Positions 24,601 through 38,500 of a stretch of DNA of 64,000 nt are shown in pieces. A program made the translations under genes and the position numbers. Source of the stretch: Pavona decussata (Eukaryota); NCBI GenBank assembly GCA_977016875.1, contig CDRNST010000130.1:868001-932000 (forward strand), given 5' to 3'. The notes beneath the pieces were generated by a model. The model had not been told where the DNA came from, ran no database searches, and worked only from the letters and a program-made list of their open reading frames with translations. Position 1 is the first letter of the stretch. Every line of letters begins with the position of its first letter.

Positions 24601-27600
24601 CGCAATTATTTTTTTCATTATAACTATTCTGTTACACAGTCTTAGCCTTGATTATGGTGCTTAATTGGTGTCAAATTCAAACATAAAAATTTTTTAAAAT
24701 TTTTGAATTCAGTAAAACTTGGAGTCGTCAAAACACGAGTCATTTAAAATTTGCGAATTCAGCAAATATTTCGCCAAAACCTTTTGAATTCGTACAACAA
24801 CGAATTCTTCAAAATCTCTGAATTCACTTAAATGACTGAAAAAGCTGGAGCTTCCTTTGCAATTCCGATGCTGTCATTGATGGCGTAAGAAGGGAGACGA
24901 AATTTTGTTGAATATAACGTAGCCTGTTGCATCAGTGCAGGGACTATGCTCTATTCGTCTTGCCAAATCAAGTAACGACAGTGTGACACTTCTAACAAAA
25001 TTCCGTCTCCCTTTCCGTCATGACAGCATTGGAAACGAAGAGGTGTATGGGAAACTTACAACTCTTTCCCAGGCCTCTGGCTGTTTTAAGTCACTTTAGT
25101 GAAATCATGTTTTAAAGAATTCATGTCTTAAACGAATTCAAAAGGTTTTTGTGAGTTCAAGTTTTACTGAATTCGGAGGTTTTAAGGAATTCTTGTTTTG
25201 ACGAATTTGAAAGGTTTTGACCAATTCAAGTTTTGCCGAATTCGGAAATTTTAGAGAATTTACACGTTTGAATTTTGACACCAATCAAGCGCCATACTTG
25301 AGGACACTTTTCCTTAATTTGTGACCAATTCTGTTTAACAAGTTTTTTCCACCTAGTTCAGTACGGTAAATAAGTGTCATTTTTAACGCTGTGCAATGAC
25401 GATATAATCCACGAGCACAGTTTACCGGATTTAAGTCAGATTCGACAATGTTTTTGAATACTTATATTTAGCGCTATCAGCAAGTTCTGGTAGTTTGTGA
25501 TTAAAAGAATAAACAGACCAAACTGTAAGTCAACTGAAAGTAGCAGCTATTATAAAACGACGATATGTTTTTTTGCTTTGCCCGTATAACACACGTCCTA
25601 AATTAATCGGATCTAGAAACAATAAGTTTGTTAAGCCTAAAAATTTCACAACGAACAAACGTTTTTCTGTTTATTGCACGACCACTGAACATTGATGACT
25701 AGAATACACAATATTCCTACGTACATTCAGTAGTAAAACGTTCTTTCCGATATCACTCATCTAAAGCTTTTTTCGTATATCCAAATAACGACCCAATAAC
25801 ATACGATCTGCTATTGAGAGCACGAATTAAAACATAGCTTCTGCGATAGAGAAAAAGAATAATTGCTTATTCATAAAAAATAGCTTTTACCTCCAGTCTC
25901 TATCTCCCACAACACTACGCCAAACGACCAGCTGCAAAGCAAACGCAATCATCAAGTTAAAAACGAACTGATGTGTGTAAGGAAGAGATAAAATCACTTT
26001 TCTCCAACGAAGGGATGTTTGGGAGAAATATTGAGGTCATCATTTTGGTGTGAGTAACCAGTGAAACCAACCGCTAATCCTGCAGAATGAAAACGGGGTC
26101 CCCTCTTCCCCATAGCACCAGGCTTTCAATAAAGTACTGAAATTTTGATGACGTTCAGTATTCAGATCTTCCGCATATGTTTCTTCAAATGCAAGGGACA
26201 CAAGGAACATGATTTTAAAAATTGATTCCCAAAGGAGTTTTACAACACGCCGAGATCCCTGGGGACACAAGCGAGTAAAAAATGCCGACTTCAAAATTTG
26301 GTCATTTTTGACCCAAATCCCTGGACTTACCCCTTGGAAAAAAGTAGATTTTTGGACGCAACACTAATACTCTTTTAAAAGCTTCCAAACGAAAAAGTGT
26401 GTCAGAAAACGTCCTCTGATAGACTTTTTAGGCCTCCCATGAGACCAGGGACAACGAAATAGCCCACAAAAGATGAACTCAGGATTAGGGTTAAACAGAA
26501 AATTGTTTGTTAGAGCGTTATTTGCACTTAAAAATGATTCCCAAGGGAGTTTTACGACACGCCAAGATCCCTAGCGACATAAAGGGGTGAAAAATGGCGA
26601 CTTCGAAATTTGCTCATTTTTGACCCAAAACCCTGGACTTACCCCTTGGAAAAAAGTAGATTTCTAGACCCCCCGACAAATATTCTTTAAAAAGGTTCCA
26701 GTGGAATCAGTGTGTAACAAAACGTCCCCTGAGACACTTTTTAGGCCTTTCAAAGGAGCAGGGAAAAAGAAATAGCCCACAAAAGATGAAGTCAGGGTAA
26801 GGGTTAAACAGAAAATTCTTTGTCAGGGCGATATTTTCACTTAAAAGTGTGAGTTTTACGACACGAAGAAATCCCTATGAACATAAATGAGTGAAAAACG
26901 CCGAATTCAAAATTTGGTCATTTTTGACCCCAAACCTGGACCTACCCCTTGGAAAAAAAAAAACGATTTTTGGACGCGAGACAAATGTTCTTTTAAAAGC
27001 TTCCAATCAAAAAAGTGTGTCCGAAAACGACCCCTGAGACACTTTTTAGGCCTGGCAAGGGACCAGGGACAAAGAAATAGCTAACAAAAGATGAAGTCAG
27101 GGTGAGGGTTAAACAGAAAATTCTTTGTCAGGGCGTTATTTGCACTTAAAAATGATTTCCAACATTTTGTCCCTCAACGATTTATCCATGAAATCGAGTC
27201 GCATACATTTTCTTAGGCAACGAGGCTTGCCAGTTATTCGTGTAAAAAGTATTGGGAACAATAAATAGCCAACTTCATGATAGCCTTATTCTGCGCATAT
27301 TTCATTTGAGTGATAATCTGTTAAACCACAGGCGATGTCTTCAGTTATAATTATTCACCAAAACTATAGAATATTTGCTTTAGCACATACCAGGCATATA
27401 CTAAACAAGTAGCCAACCTCAAGTTACCTTAGTCCCGACCAATTGGTACTCAAGCTGGTGGGAGGTGAATAGCAAATATTATCCAGAGTTCGAGTAGCCA
27501 TTCTAAGCGCCCAATAAACATTATGCAATTGTATGCATTTAAAAAGTTAATAAAATAATTAAAAACTTCGTTTCTTTTAACAAACTCACACGTCAGTCTT

Positions 27601-30563
27601 GATGTTGTATGTATAATCTTCCAGAGACTCAAGCGCCATCCAACGAACTGGCAACATCCCCTTTATAAATCAAAGATATTGATTACAGTAAGTGAATTCC
27701 GTCGGTAGGGAATACATTAAAATGTAGAATCATATAAAACGTGTCCTATTCATACCCCGGATGTGTTTTCGTATTCACCACTCTCATAAACGTCACGTGA
27801 CAAACCAAAGTCAGAAACCATGGCAACATAATTCTTCCCAAGAAGAACGTTTCGTGCTGCAAGGTCTCGGTGAACACACTATAAAGCAATGACAGAAAAC
27901 TGATTAATTAAAATGAAATTACGAAAGTGTTTGTCTAAGGATTGATTTAAAAATAAAATTTACTGTTACCCTCCACAGGATAAGAAACTGATTTAATTAA
28001 ACATTAAGAAATATGTTCTGAGAGTTTGATTCAAGTTTGATTTTGCTTTGTTTTGAAATCTGCAAAGTTATACAGCCTTCAGAGATCGCTGTTTAAAAAG
28101 AATACTTCTGGCTCCCGCACTGTTCCTTTGGTGAAATGTAACTAATTCTTCTAATCTGGTGAATAGTTTTGCTCTCCTTGGCGAGTTTCAGACATTCGTT
28201 TTCCTGGCATTTCTTAAATTAATAAAGAATTAAACGTGTTACAATGTAACCTAATAAATATGGTCAAAATACCAAAAAAGACCCCGTACCACTTTGCTTG
28301 AGAGGTGGAGCATTCCATTGGCTACGTCTCTGGCGATTTTGAGCTTGCCAAGGCGCGTAAAATGGACTTGCTTATTTTCAACATTAATGTAAGGATTTTC
28401 TCTGTTTTTTTTGAGGTGATTCAACAAGCAGCCGTTCTCCGGCAGGCGTACCACCACCAATATCGGCTCTAGTTAAAAAAAAGCAAAATCAGTGCTTAGC
28501 TGGTCTAAAACAGGCATATGATATAATATTCTTGAGAAAAATGTCTTTGTATAAAATGTTTGAATGAACGAATGAACGACACAATTACAGTGTGTGTACA
28601 ATTACAGTCAAGACTGTAGTCTCCCTTGTGGTCCTATGAAACTAAGTTTCAACAACATTACTAAAATACTAGAATACTAAGTTACTAAAATACTTAAACA
28701 CAAAAATACTAAAATACGAAACTATCAAATACTCAAATACTAAAGTACTAGAATACTGACGTATTAAAATATCAATACTATAGTACTGGAATACTGAGAT
28801 ATTAAAATATCAAGTTCATTGAAAAAGCTGAAAGATTCTGTCAATTTTGAAGCGGTCAGGAGTGAGTTTCCACATGAGTAATTTCTTTTGAATTGCAAAC
28901 TTTTTCTCGAGAACTTAAAACTATAAAAAGTTTTGATGAATTTTCATTTTTAGAACTTTCTTTTGTTATGATTTTTGGATTTCTAAGGAAAAGAATGGAA
29001 GAAATTTGGAGATGGTGGCTACTATTCGTTGGAATTCTATTCTCAATAATATTTTTGCTAAAACGGCACTTTACTGAAAAAAGAACAAGACGCCTGTTTT
29101 TTTTCTTCCATTTGCACACAATGATGCACGGCAGTTTTTGGAAAGCGGAGCTTTAATTTCTCAAGGGAAACACTTATTTATTACACATTTTAAAACAACG
29201 GTCCCTTGTAGACAAATTATAACTGTTTCACCGCGTGTTCCTAAAATTAATGGCAAAATAGTTGCCAGCAACCTCCAGTTCCTCGTTTCGCGTATGCGAG
29301 CAAATTATAATGGGACCACCAATCAGCAGCCAGCTAAAAGGCCACCCAACGGATACGTTTTCGGTCGAATACCTGTCCGGAATGACACTACTCGTCCAAG
29401 AAATTCGGATATAATTGTGAAGAAAAACAAGCGTATTCTTCAGCCACAATTAGCGAAAGGACATCCTTAACCTTTGCAAAGACAAAAAGTAATTCCTTTT
29501 GCTTTCGGTGGGACAAATGCGTTGTCTAAAGTGGAAAAAAAAAGCTCATACTGTGCACGTATATTGAGTTGAAATTCACGAAATATACGAAATCTGGAAT
29601 AAAAGCCGCTGTAATTGAATGTCTTTTGATAATATAAATTAAGAGAACAAAATTCGCGATGGCTCTCGTCACTATTCTTACCTTCCCTTGTACAAGCCCC
29701 GATAAGACTTACAACATTAGGATGTTCCCCAACCATGACCATGATTTTCAGTTCGTTTATAAGGTCCCGCCTTTCTACTATTGTAGCATTCGCTGCAATT
29801 GAAACGAAAAGATGTTATGAACTCAGAGAAACAACGGCAATTTTAAAAAAAAGATAATTAAACTCATTAAGGATGAGGCCTCCTAATACAGGGAGTTATT
29901 TGCGCAGTTTAAAAAAACGGGGAAAAGCAGAAAGAATTGATAATGGAGGGAGCTTGAGGACAAGAAAAGCCTGGATGCTAAGTAAGAGAGCCTGGTTACA
30001 CGTGGGCTTTCGCTGACAAAGCGTTCTCGTACAAACACGAACGAATCCATCGTACGGCTGTACATTTTACGACAGTACCTCGCGAACCTAACACAGTCAA
30101 TATGTACATAGAAAGCCTTATTTTTTTGCGAAAGTCGTCCCTGTACTAAAAACATTGCGTAGTTTTTCAAACCTCTCTGCCCGTTTTTATGAGCGTTTTA
30201 AGGGTTTTCGTTCGCTAAGAATTATGGGTTAAGGTACCAGTCGTCATCTTTTTCGGTACGGTGGATTTCCTCTAGCTATTGAGACACGCATGTACACCTG
30301 CGGCGACTCAGTTCGTCCAGAAGGATACCCCATGGCAACGGCTTATGTTGTGAGACAAGACACCTCCTGGAGTAGCAGTAGTAGTAGTAGTAGCAATTAC
30401 GTTAATTACCTTTAAGCTTTTTCACTGCACAGAGTGTCACTTCAGCTTTACTCTTCAACACGCCTTTATAAACCTCCCCAAATGCACCTTCTCCTAGCTT
30501 CTCTTCGAGTTTGACATTTGATCTGGGAAGCTCGCACCAGTCTCCTTTCATCCACAGCTCTGT
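21645..30563 (-). CDS. Tyrosine kinase domain exons and C-tail of the RTK
   Basis: [90 protein letters not shown]; ends ...GKDTSF*. Confidence 0.93.
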
Positions 30564-33332
30564 CTAAGTGGGAAAATATCGCTACATTAATTGACTGGCA
30601 TATAACCATTTTAGAAAAAGGTTATGTTGTTGAAGGTTTTATTTTTGTATGTCGTCGTCTGTATAATCCACTGTGAAAAAGAGAGCGAATGACAATTATT
30701 TTGAGAGGAAATGTTTATGTTATCATAACACCATGCGGCACCGTTGACGCTTGCACAAACACTTGCACAGATACGTCCGAAGTCTTTAACTAAGTTGGAA
30801 GTTTACCAATCCAGTTCCGCGCTAGACACTTCAGTCCTTGCATGATAATTTTTGAAACTGGCAATAATAACGGGATGAAGTTGCTTATTAAAGTGGTTTC
30901 GTGAGGTCAATTTGTCCTAGAACTAAAACTGAATGCGGAATTTTGTGGAAGGTCACGTCAAATTGCAATACACAATTCCTGTACGAGATAAATCTAAGCA
31001 ACATTAAAATCTCGGTGAGCATTTGGAAGTCAGCCAAGCGTGGTCATTGCACGCGTGCTGAACAAGAATGTTGTTTCATGACAGACTCGAAACAATGGAA
31101 AACTCCCAAAGCACCAAATCCGCCAAAACGCTAAAAATCTTCAATGTTTACTCAAGTTTGGGCTTATAGAAGATAATGTCACACTTTTTCAATGACCATG
31201 AAATTCAGAATCCGGGTAGTTAGTTTATCAATCGTGGCCCTGAAAAAATTTGAAGGAAAAAAAGCTACGAATTTTTAAGAAAATGCTTTTTTTGTGAGAA
31301 GGACCCTTAAACGCTGACAAACGTCAACAAATAGCTAAAACTATAATTTCTATATAGTTGTATTGCTCGAAATCGCGCGCATTCACAAGACCCTAAATCT
31401 TTTGTTGACTTGCAAGGACCCATCTGTTATAAAGATCCCCAAAATAAAGGAATAAATCTCATAGTTTATTAGATATAATCGTGTAAAGTTTGCTTATCAT
31501 TTTTACATAACTTATGACCTAAATTTGGAAAGCGCTGAATTTCTCGAATTGGGTCTTTGCGATTTTGGTGAAACTCTGTCCAGCGCAAGGTACTAATGCG
31601 CACTATGTGTAGCCGAGAGATTTTTACAAAAAAAAAGCCGGCAACAGCAGAATTTTGACTCAGACCTCAAAGGGGCGCGGCACTATAACCACGTAACATC
31701 TACTCCGATCGCCAAATGTTTTTTGCTATATTGTAGATTGATCTATATGTTATCCATTCTATGTGTTAGACTTACGATAAAAGTAAAGGTGGGGATGTTA
31801 GACAGCTTCAAAGTAGAACGGTAACGCCAAAAAATAACTGGGTCGAGTCATCACCTTAATGTATTTTTCTAAATATCCTCATAATTTCGCAGCTTACCTC
31901 ATACACATGCTCCGCCTTTGGTTTACAAGTTGGACGAAACTTGATGTAAGACAGGCACGGAAGGATTAATGTATTTTTCTAAACTTGATATCCACTTAAT
32001 TTTGCAGCTTACCTCGTACACATGCTCCGCCTTTGGATTGCAAGTTGGACGAAACTTGATGCAGACAGTCACGATGAACAAAACAGCCAAACTGAGCGGT
32101 AAGACGATAATCAGCATCAGATTCTGTATGAACTTGTCTGTGAGTAGAACAAGTAAAAAATTGCTTGGTAATTTTGAGAGGTTTTCAATTCAGTGTCGAA
32201 AGAAAATTCAAGTTTGCCGACTTTGGTTTTGCTTAACAACGCCATGTGATCGGATCGGTTAACGTTACAGAAAATTGCTCCTCTTTCTCAACCAATAAGA
32301 GTCAAAACCAACCGCCAAGCCTCACTTCAAGTTCTGAGTTGCGAATCAAAGTTTGTAGGTGAAGGATTTATCCATACTTAGTGTGTTGATGCTTCCTCGA
32401 TGATTTCTAAAACCTGTTGATCTCCTTTTGATCGAAAATGACGGAATAAGCAAGGTAATAGCACAGACAAAAACGTAGCAAAATGCCATTTTTGTAATGC
32501 CATTTCCTAAACCCTAAGCCTTTCCAACTTAAAATTAGTCTGAATAACACGGCTGCTATATACTCATTATGTCTTATTTTTGATGCTGCTCCTCTCAAAT
32601 TAATAGTTTTAGATCAGGACAGTGTCATAAATGTACTACTGTATTGAAATTAGCGACCATCGAGAGGCATCTATATGACACGTTTGATGTGAATTTAGCA
32701 TAGTTAATTATCGCCATTTGAAGGCCGCGTATAGTTTTTTAAGGCTATTTATGTACGATTACCAACATAACGTTGCAGTAAACTGTGTTTTGAGACTATT
32801 TGTGTATTAATCTCTATGTTGCACAGCATTTTCGGGTCATACTTTTCCGTGGGTTTCATACAAATGTTGTGGCTCCTGGTTTGCATAATTGAGAAATGCT
32901 AGTATTTGGAAGCGCCGACAGGGTCGACTTGAAACTATTTGACTGCACGATTTTTTTTTTATGATAAACAAAACCAAGCCTTTGTCTAGTTATTACTACA
33001 ATGATATTTCTGTAAGAGGTCTCTTTTTCGAAGCTGTGAAGGAGTATTGGTAAGAGTTGCTATTTTTATTACTTGAAATAATTATCCGGAAATATCAGCG
33101 TAGAACTTGCATCATATTTTAAGTGTTGTTAGAAGTTACCAAAGGTATAAAGATTTTGCATATTTTTTCCCCAAAAGTTTGGCCCACTAACGGATCCCCC
33201 ACCTACAAACTGAAAAAGAGAGCGTTTAGAGCCCAAACGAAAAGTTTTTTTAAAGTAATTGGATAAAGTGTAATGCCAGATTGTCAGATTTTGTGACCAA
33301 TTTGGGCTATGAGGAACTTAGGGAGACACCCA

Positions 33333-33402
<70 letters not shown>

Positions 33403-35477
33403 TAATAATAATAATAATATTATGACATTTGTATTTTCTTTAAAAAAGGTTGGGGCTTAAAAATTAGTCTCAAAATCGGAATGAATTGTAAATAGGTTTT
33501 AATAGTTCTTTTCTCAACTTTTAACTTGTAAATAACAATTTCAGCTGCTTGTTANNNNNNNNNNNNNNNNNNNNNNNNNNNNNNNNNNNNNNNNNNNNNN
33601 NNNNNNNNNNNNNNNNNNNNNNNNNNNNNNNNNNNNNNNNNNNNNNNNNNNNNNNNNNNNNNNNNNNNNNNNNNNNNNNNNNNNNNNTCTTTAATTCTGC
33701 CGCCAAATTTCAGCATTAATTTATAATTTCACATGTGAAATTACAAAATTGCTATGGCAACGTTTCCTATATCTCAGTGCCAAGATGGCGTCCAGGTTTA
33801 AAGATGTTACGGATGAAAGAAGTTACGGCATTAAAAGACGCTGCATAAAACTTAAATACGCGAAAGAGCCAATTAACTGGGTGAGGGTTATTGAGAACTA
33901 ATGTGATGAAAATGGCCTTGAGAAAAACCCTGAGACGGTTGAGCAGTTGGATAAAGTACTCGAGCGGTTTTGTGCCTGCGTGTGTAAACAGGATGGAACC
34001 GACCACGATTGTGATTGTAAGTTGTCACCCATGATATTAAAAGGTAATCAAGTGGTATATTTCGTGAAATTAGGAACTTGCGTTTTGTCAAAGTTAAATT
34101 CTTCCGTAATTTCACTCGTCACCATTTCATTACATATACTAATTTCACGAGAGTAACACTTGACAGTATTTCAACTGAAGAACTTTACGGCGCCAAATTA
34201 GCTTATCAACTCTGTTGACAATAGCAAACATTGCCTACTTACCAGTTAGTGTAGCTTGTGTTAACAAAATACCAGGAGACTTTCCATGCACGTTGTTGCT
34301 TGAAAATCGCATAGTGTACTCTGTAGCAGGTTCCAGATCCCTTATCCTCATTCCCATCTGCTTGTATGGCAGTGTCTGCACAACTTCAAAGCTATCTGCA
34401 GTTTTTGTCTTTTTTTCAACGGTGAAGTTATCTATCTGATAATTACTGCCATGTTTTGGTTGGTCCCAGGCTAATATGAAGTACCGGGTCTGTACATTTG
34501 TTGCCTTTAAGTTTCGCGGGGGTGGTGCTTTTCCTTTTTATTTTACAGGAAAAGAACGGAAAAATCGTAAGCAGTGGATTATGACAACATGATAAGTTTT
34601 TGCATCTAATGGAAACACGGAAAATAATCCGAGCTCTAGATTGGATTTAAAGCCACAACCCTCCGTAATCTAGTCGGATGTTCACTGAGCTACTGGAGAC
34701 TCCATTTCATCCTTGCTCACCAAGCAGTCTCCAGTACCTCAGTGGTTAGAGCACCCGACTAGATTACAGAGGGTTGTGGATTCAAACCACATCTGGAACT
34801 CGGATTTTTTTCCGAGTTTCCATTTGATGCAAACACTTATCATGTTGTTATTTATAACAAAAGACTCACTTAGGCAGTCGATTATGACAAATAAAATTAC
34901 TTTAGTAAGTTAATTACACAAGACAATCGAGGGACTATAGGCTAGAAGTCGCCCGCAAACAATGTGCTAATTGAGCACGATACATTAATCTGTGAGTAAC
35001 ACAGGTACACAACGACCATTAAATTATCTTCTAGCTGTTCTTGCAAAGCGAAATCAGCACGATCTTGCAATATTTCTTGATTGTTTTTAATCAAAAAAAT
35101 GTTCTACTCACAACTCATACACTGGATATGAGATGATTATAGTCCATTTGTCATCTCATATCCAACGCGCGCTCGTGGAATAATTGTTAAATATATCAAT
35201 GTCAACAAAACGACTTGTGTTGTTCTGTCTTATCTTATCCTTCTCTTCTTAAAGCCCTCAGCTTATTTTTTAAGTTATGCACATTCAAGGAGATAAAACT
35301 ACAGCAAATTTTCCATTTATTGTTCTGTTTTTTTCAACAGTTTGCGTTAATTGATTCAAAAGTGGAAACCTCGACAGTATTTTGACTTTCAAACCGAACT
35401 ATCTCAGGATAAGGGGTCTTTTGCATCTTACTGTAAAATCATTGCTGTGACAAAAGACAAAGACGAACAGCAACAGC

Positions 35478-35547
<70 letters not shown>

Positions 35548-38500
35548 GCAATAACAACAACAATAGTCAGCGAAGCCATTTTTAGCGAAATAACGCGACT
35601 AGCAACTCAAAACAAATGACCGGCCTACTCACCAATAACAAATATGGAGATTAATCCTTGTTTTTTTGCAGGATCAAGTCCCTCTATCAAATGATCGATA
35701 GCTTCATATTTCGTTGTCGTGATCGCATTAATCGTAGCTAGGATTTTAACATCTGCCTTCAAACTGCCATTACTACGAAATACAAAATAAACCAATCTTT
35801 GCGTTCTTTGTTAGCCGTTTTGCCAGAAGTTACCTTAACCTCCCCTCATACCACCTAAACACCCGGGTTTAATCAGTTCTCCATTTTCCCCCTTTTCATG
35901 TTACTTTTATACTAGGACGCGCGTTTAATTAAAAAAGGAAAGGAAACCTCCAATTTTGAAAATAACATAATGTATTTTTGAAAATACAATCTAATTTCAA
36001 ATTTCATTGGCAAACATGGAAATAATATTTCTGAGTCGTACAAAACAGGGTATTTTCGCTTTTAATTTCCCAGGCGCCGCCATGTTGGATTCAAGGAATA
36101 ATGCAATTGCTGAATTGTTTCACACGAAAAAGCTTCGACTTGAACCGTCGTTACATGTTGAAACTTTCAGCTGAAACTGAGTGCAACGGCGTTGCGAAAC
36201 AAGTTTTAGCAGGCGTTGCACCGTGTAAAATTGTCGGATTCGTGACACCTTTTTGAACTTCCGTTGCGAGACAAGTTTCACGAAAAGTAGAACCGCTTCC
36301 TTCTTCTGCAACGGCTCGCAACGGTCGTGGTGGTGAAAAAACAAGAGTTTCACCGTGTAACACCAGCTCGTGAAATTGGTCTCGTTCGCCCTTGCACAGA
36401 AGTTTTAGCTAAACGTTTCAACGTGTAACTGAATGACGTCATAAAATCCAATATGGTGGTGCGGGAAATTTACAAGTGAAGATAGGCGATAATCATATCT
36501 AGTTTTTTGCAGACTTGAAAGTTCTTTCTACTTTTTAAACTACAATTTAGAATTTAGACATTACTTCCAAGAGTGGAGGTTACCTTTAACATTGTTTTAA
36601 TAAAGTAATTAGGATACGAATAATAAATAAACAATAGCCTCCATTTGGGCGCGAAAATATGCTCAGATATTTGTCCGCGGACATTATCTGTTCCGAGAAG
36701 CGAACAGTTTTCCGAGAGCGAAGCTCGAGGAAAACTGTGAGCTTCGAAGAGCAGATAATGTCCAAGGACAAATATCTGAGCATATTTTTAAAGTCAAATG
36801 GAGGCTATTGTGTTTATTATCCTTCAAATATTTTTCGCAACATGCGGGAATCTCGCGGGAATCGGGGAGGCGGGATCTTCCATTCTGTCATATGTCAATC
36901 ACGTCAAAATTTGTCAGTTGGCTTCCAAATAAAAATCTCCACGTCTGATTTCGCTTCAGGTCGAAAGCGTTTGTTTGGGAAAAAGGTAAAACATTTGAAA
37001 GGAAAGTAAACTTGTTTAATTCCGTGAAAGACAACAGCAAGATACAAGTGGCGGATAAGGTTACAGGGAATCTAACTACATCTCGAGAACAAGCTAAAGA
37101 TCACTGAAAGCGAAAAACTGTAAAGTATCGCATTCCGTAAAAAGTGTCAACTGCCGTCAACGAAACAGCCAGCGCTTTGTCGTTCTCTTCCTTTATCTCG
37201 TGTTCAATTGGAGCAGCACTTTATATCGAAAATACAATTGTGGAATTTGCTGGCCGAAAACGACCTGTGAAGAAATCGAAGCTGAACCTGCAGTCGAATA
37301 CGACGCCACCGGTTGTTTTTGCTGGATTCCATCAAAGCGCTTTCTTTGCTAACTTGACATTGAATGGAGCCAGCAAGGAAGTCGTTCGCAATCACTGAGG
37401 ATTAAACTTGTTGCTCGAGAGTAGGACAAGCTGCTTCTCTTCGTAGAGAATTTCGACATCTCGGGGTATCATGGCTGGTTTTTGTTTCGTGGACGAGATT
37501 TTATGTTCGCGAGCGATCTCGACCAGGTGAACATTGATAGCATCATTTGCCGGCTTGAACTCTGTCAGTAATGGTACTGAAATTTATGTTTTCGTTATTT
37601 AAATTCGTTATATCCAGGCCAGCACGAATTGCTCTCATTGAATCACAACTGTAATATTTGCCGTCGTGTGAGCGAGCTTCGAGCTTATTAATTAAACTCG
37701 TTTAATAGCTTGTTGATTGCTTTTTCATTTCGCCAGACTGAAAGAAAACCATAAATACTCTTAAAAGAGATGGGCTAAAACTTTTCGCCTTTCATATTTT
37801 TCAGTTTTACCACATTTTTAATTCAAGGACTGTTCAAACCAAGAGAAAATGTCGCAAATACGAGCTTGAGTATTTCAACATTTCGTTTACGAACAGCTTA
37901 CCGTCAAAAACGTTTAGAGCGTATGTTGTTTTCTGGTACTGGTTTATCGACCAGCAGGTTCATTTCTTCTTCTGTCACAAAAGCAAACCGTTCCCCCATC
38001 TTGACATTCATTTTAATTGCAAACTTGACGCTCCTTGAAGTTTTTGAAATTGGGGAATATCACTTGGGGAATATCCTCGGATATTCCCCGGTTTTAACTG
38101 GGGTATATTCGGTCACGTGAGGCGTTTAGACCAATCGCGCGCGAGCGAAAATATTTGATGGATTATAATGATCATTATCATGCTTACACAAATTTTTAAG
38201 GGTATTGTTTATTTTGCTTCTATTGATAGCATCATTTGACTACAACTCCCCTTCTCAAGGATTCTGGGAATTCCAGTGAAATGACCGTTACCAAGTTAAG
38301 GAGCAGCTACTGAATAGATTCCTTTGTTTTCGTGCGGCTCATTTGAGACTGTCACCTTTTGAGTAACTATAGTAGTATACTCTTCTTGTTTTATCTTACG
38401 TCTCTGTCCTGTGATTTCTTACCTGAAACTGAGAACTCTGACGTCATATATCTTCAAAACAGACCGGGATGTGTTGAAATTACGTCTTATCTGCAAAGGA

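Noticed and set aside
28660-28810. CRISPR-like periodic repeats (aatacta)
   Set aside because: Low-complexity minisatellite without unique spacers, in eukaryotic intron context with no cas genes.
34725-34800. Functional tRNA gene
   Set aside because: Cloverleaf stems are degenerate and it is one arm of a palindromic repeat.
35351-35554. Poly-glutamine ORF
   Set aside because: It is a translation of the (CAA)n microsatellite, antisense within an RTK intron, with no supporting gene structure.
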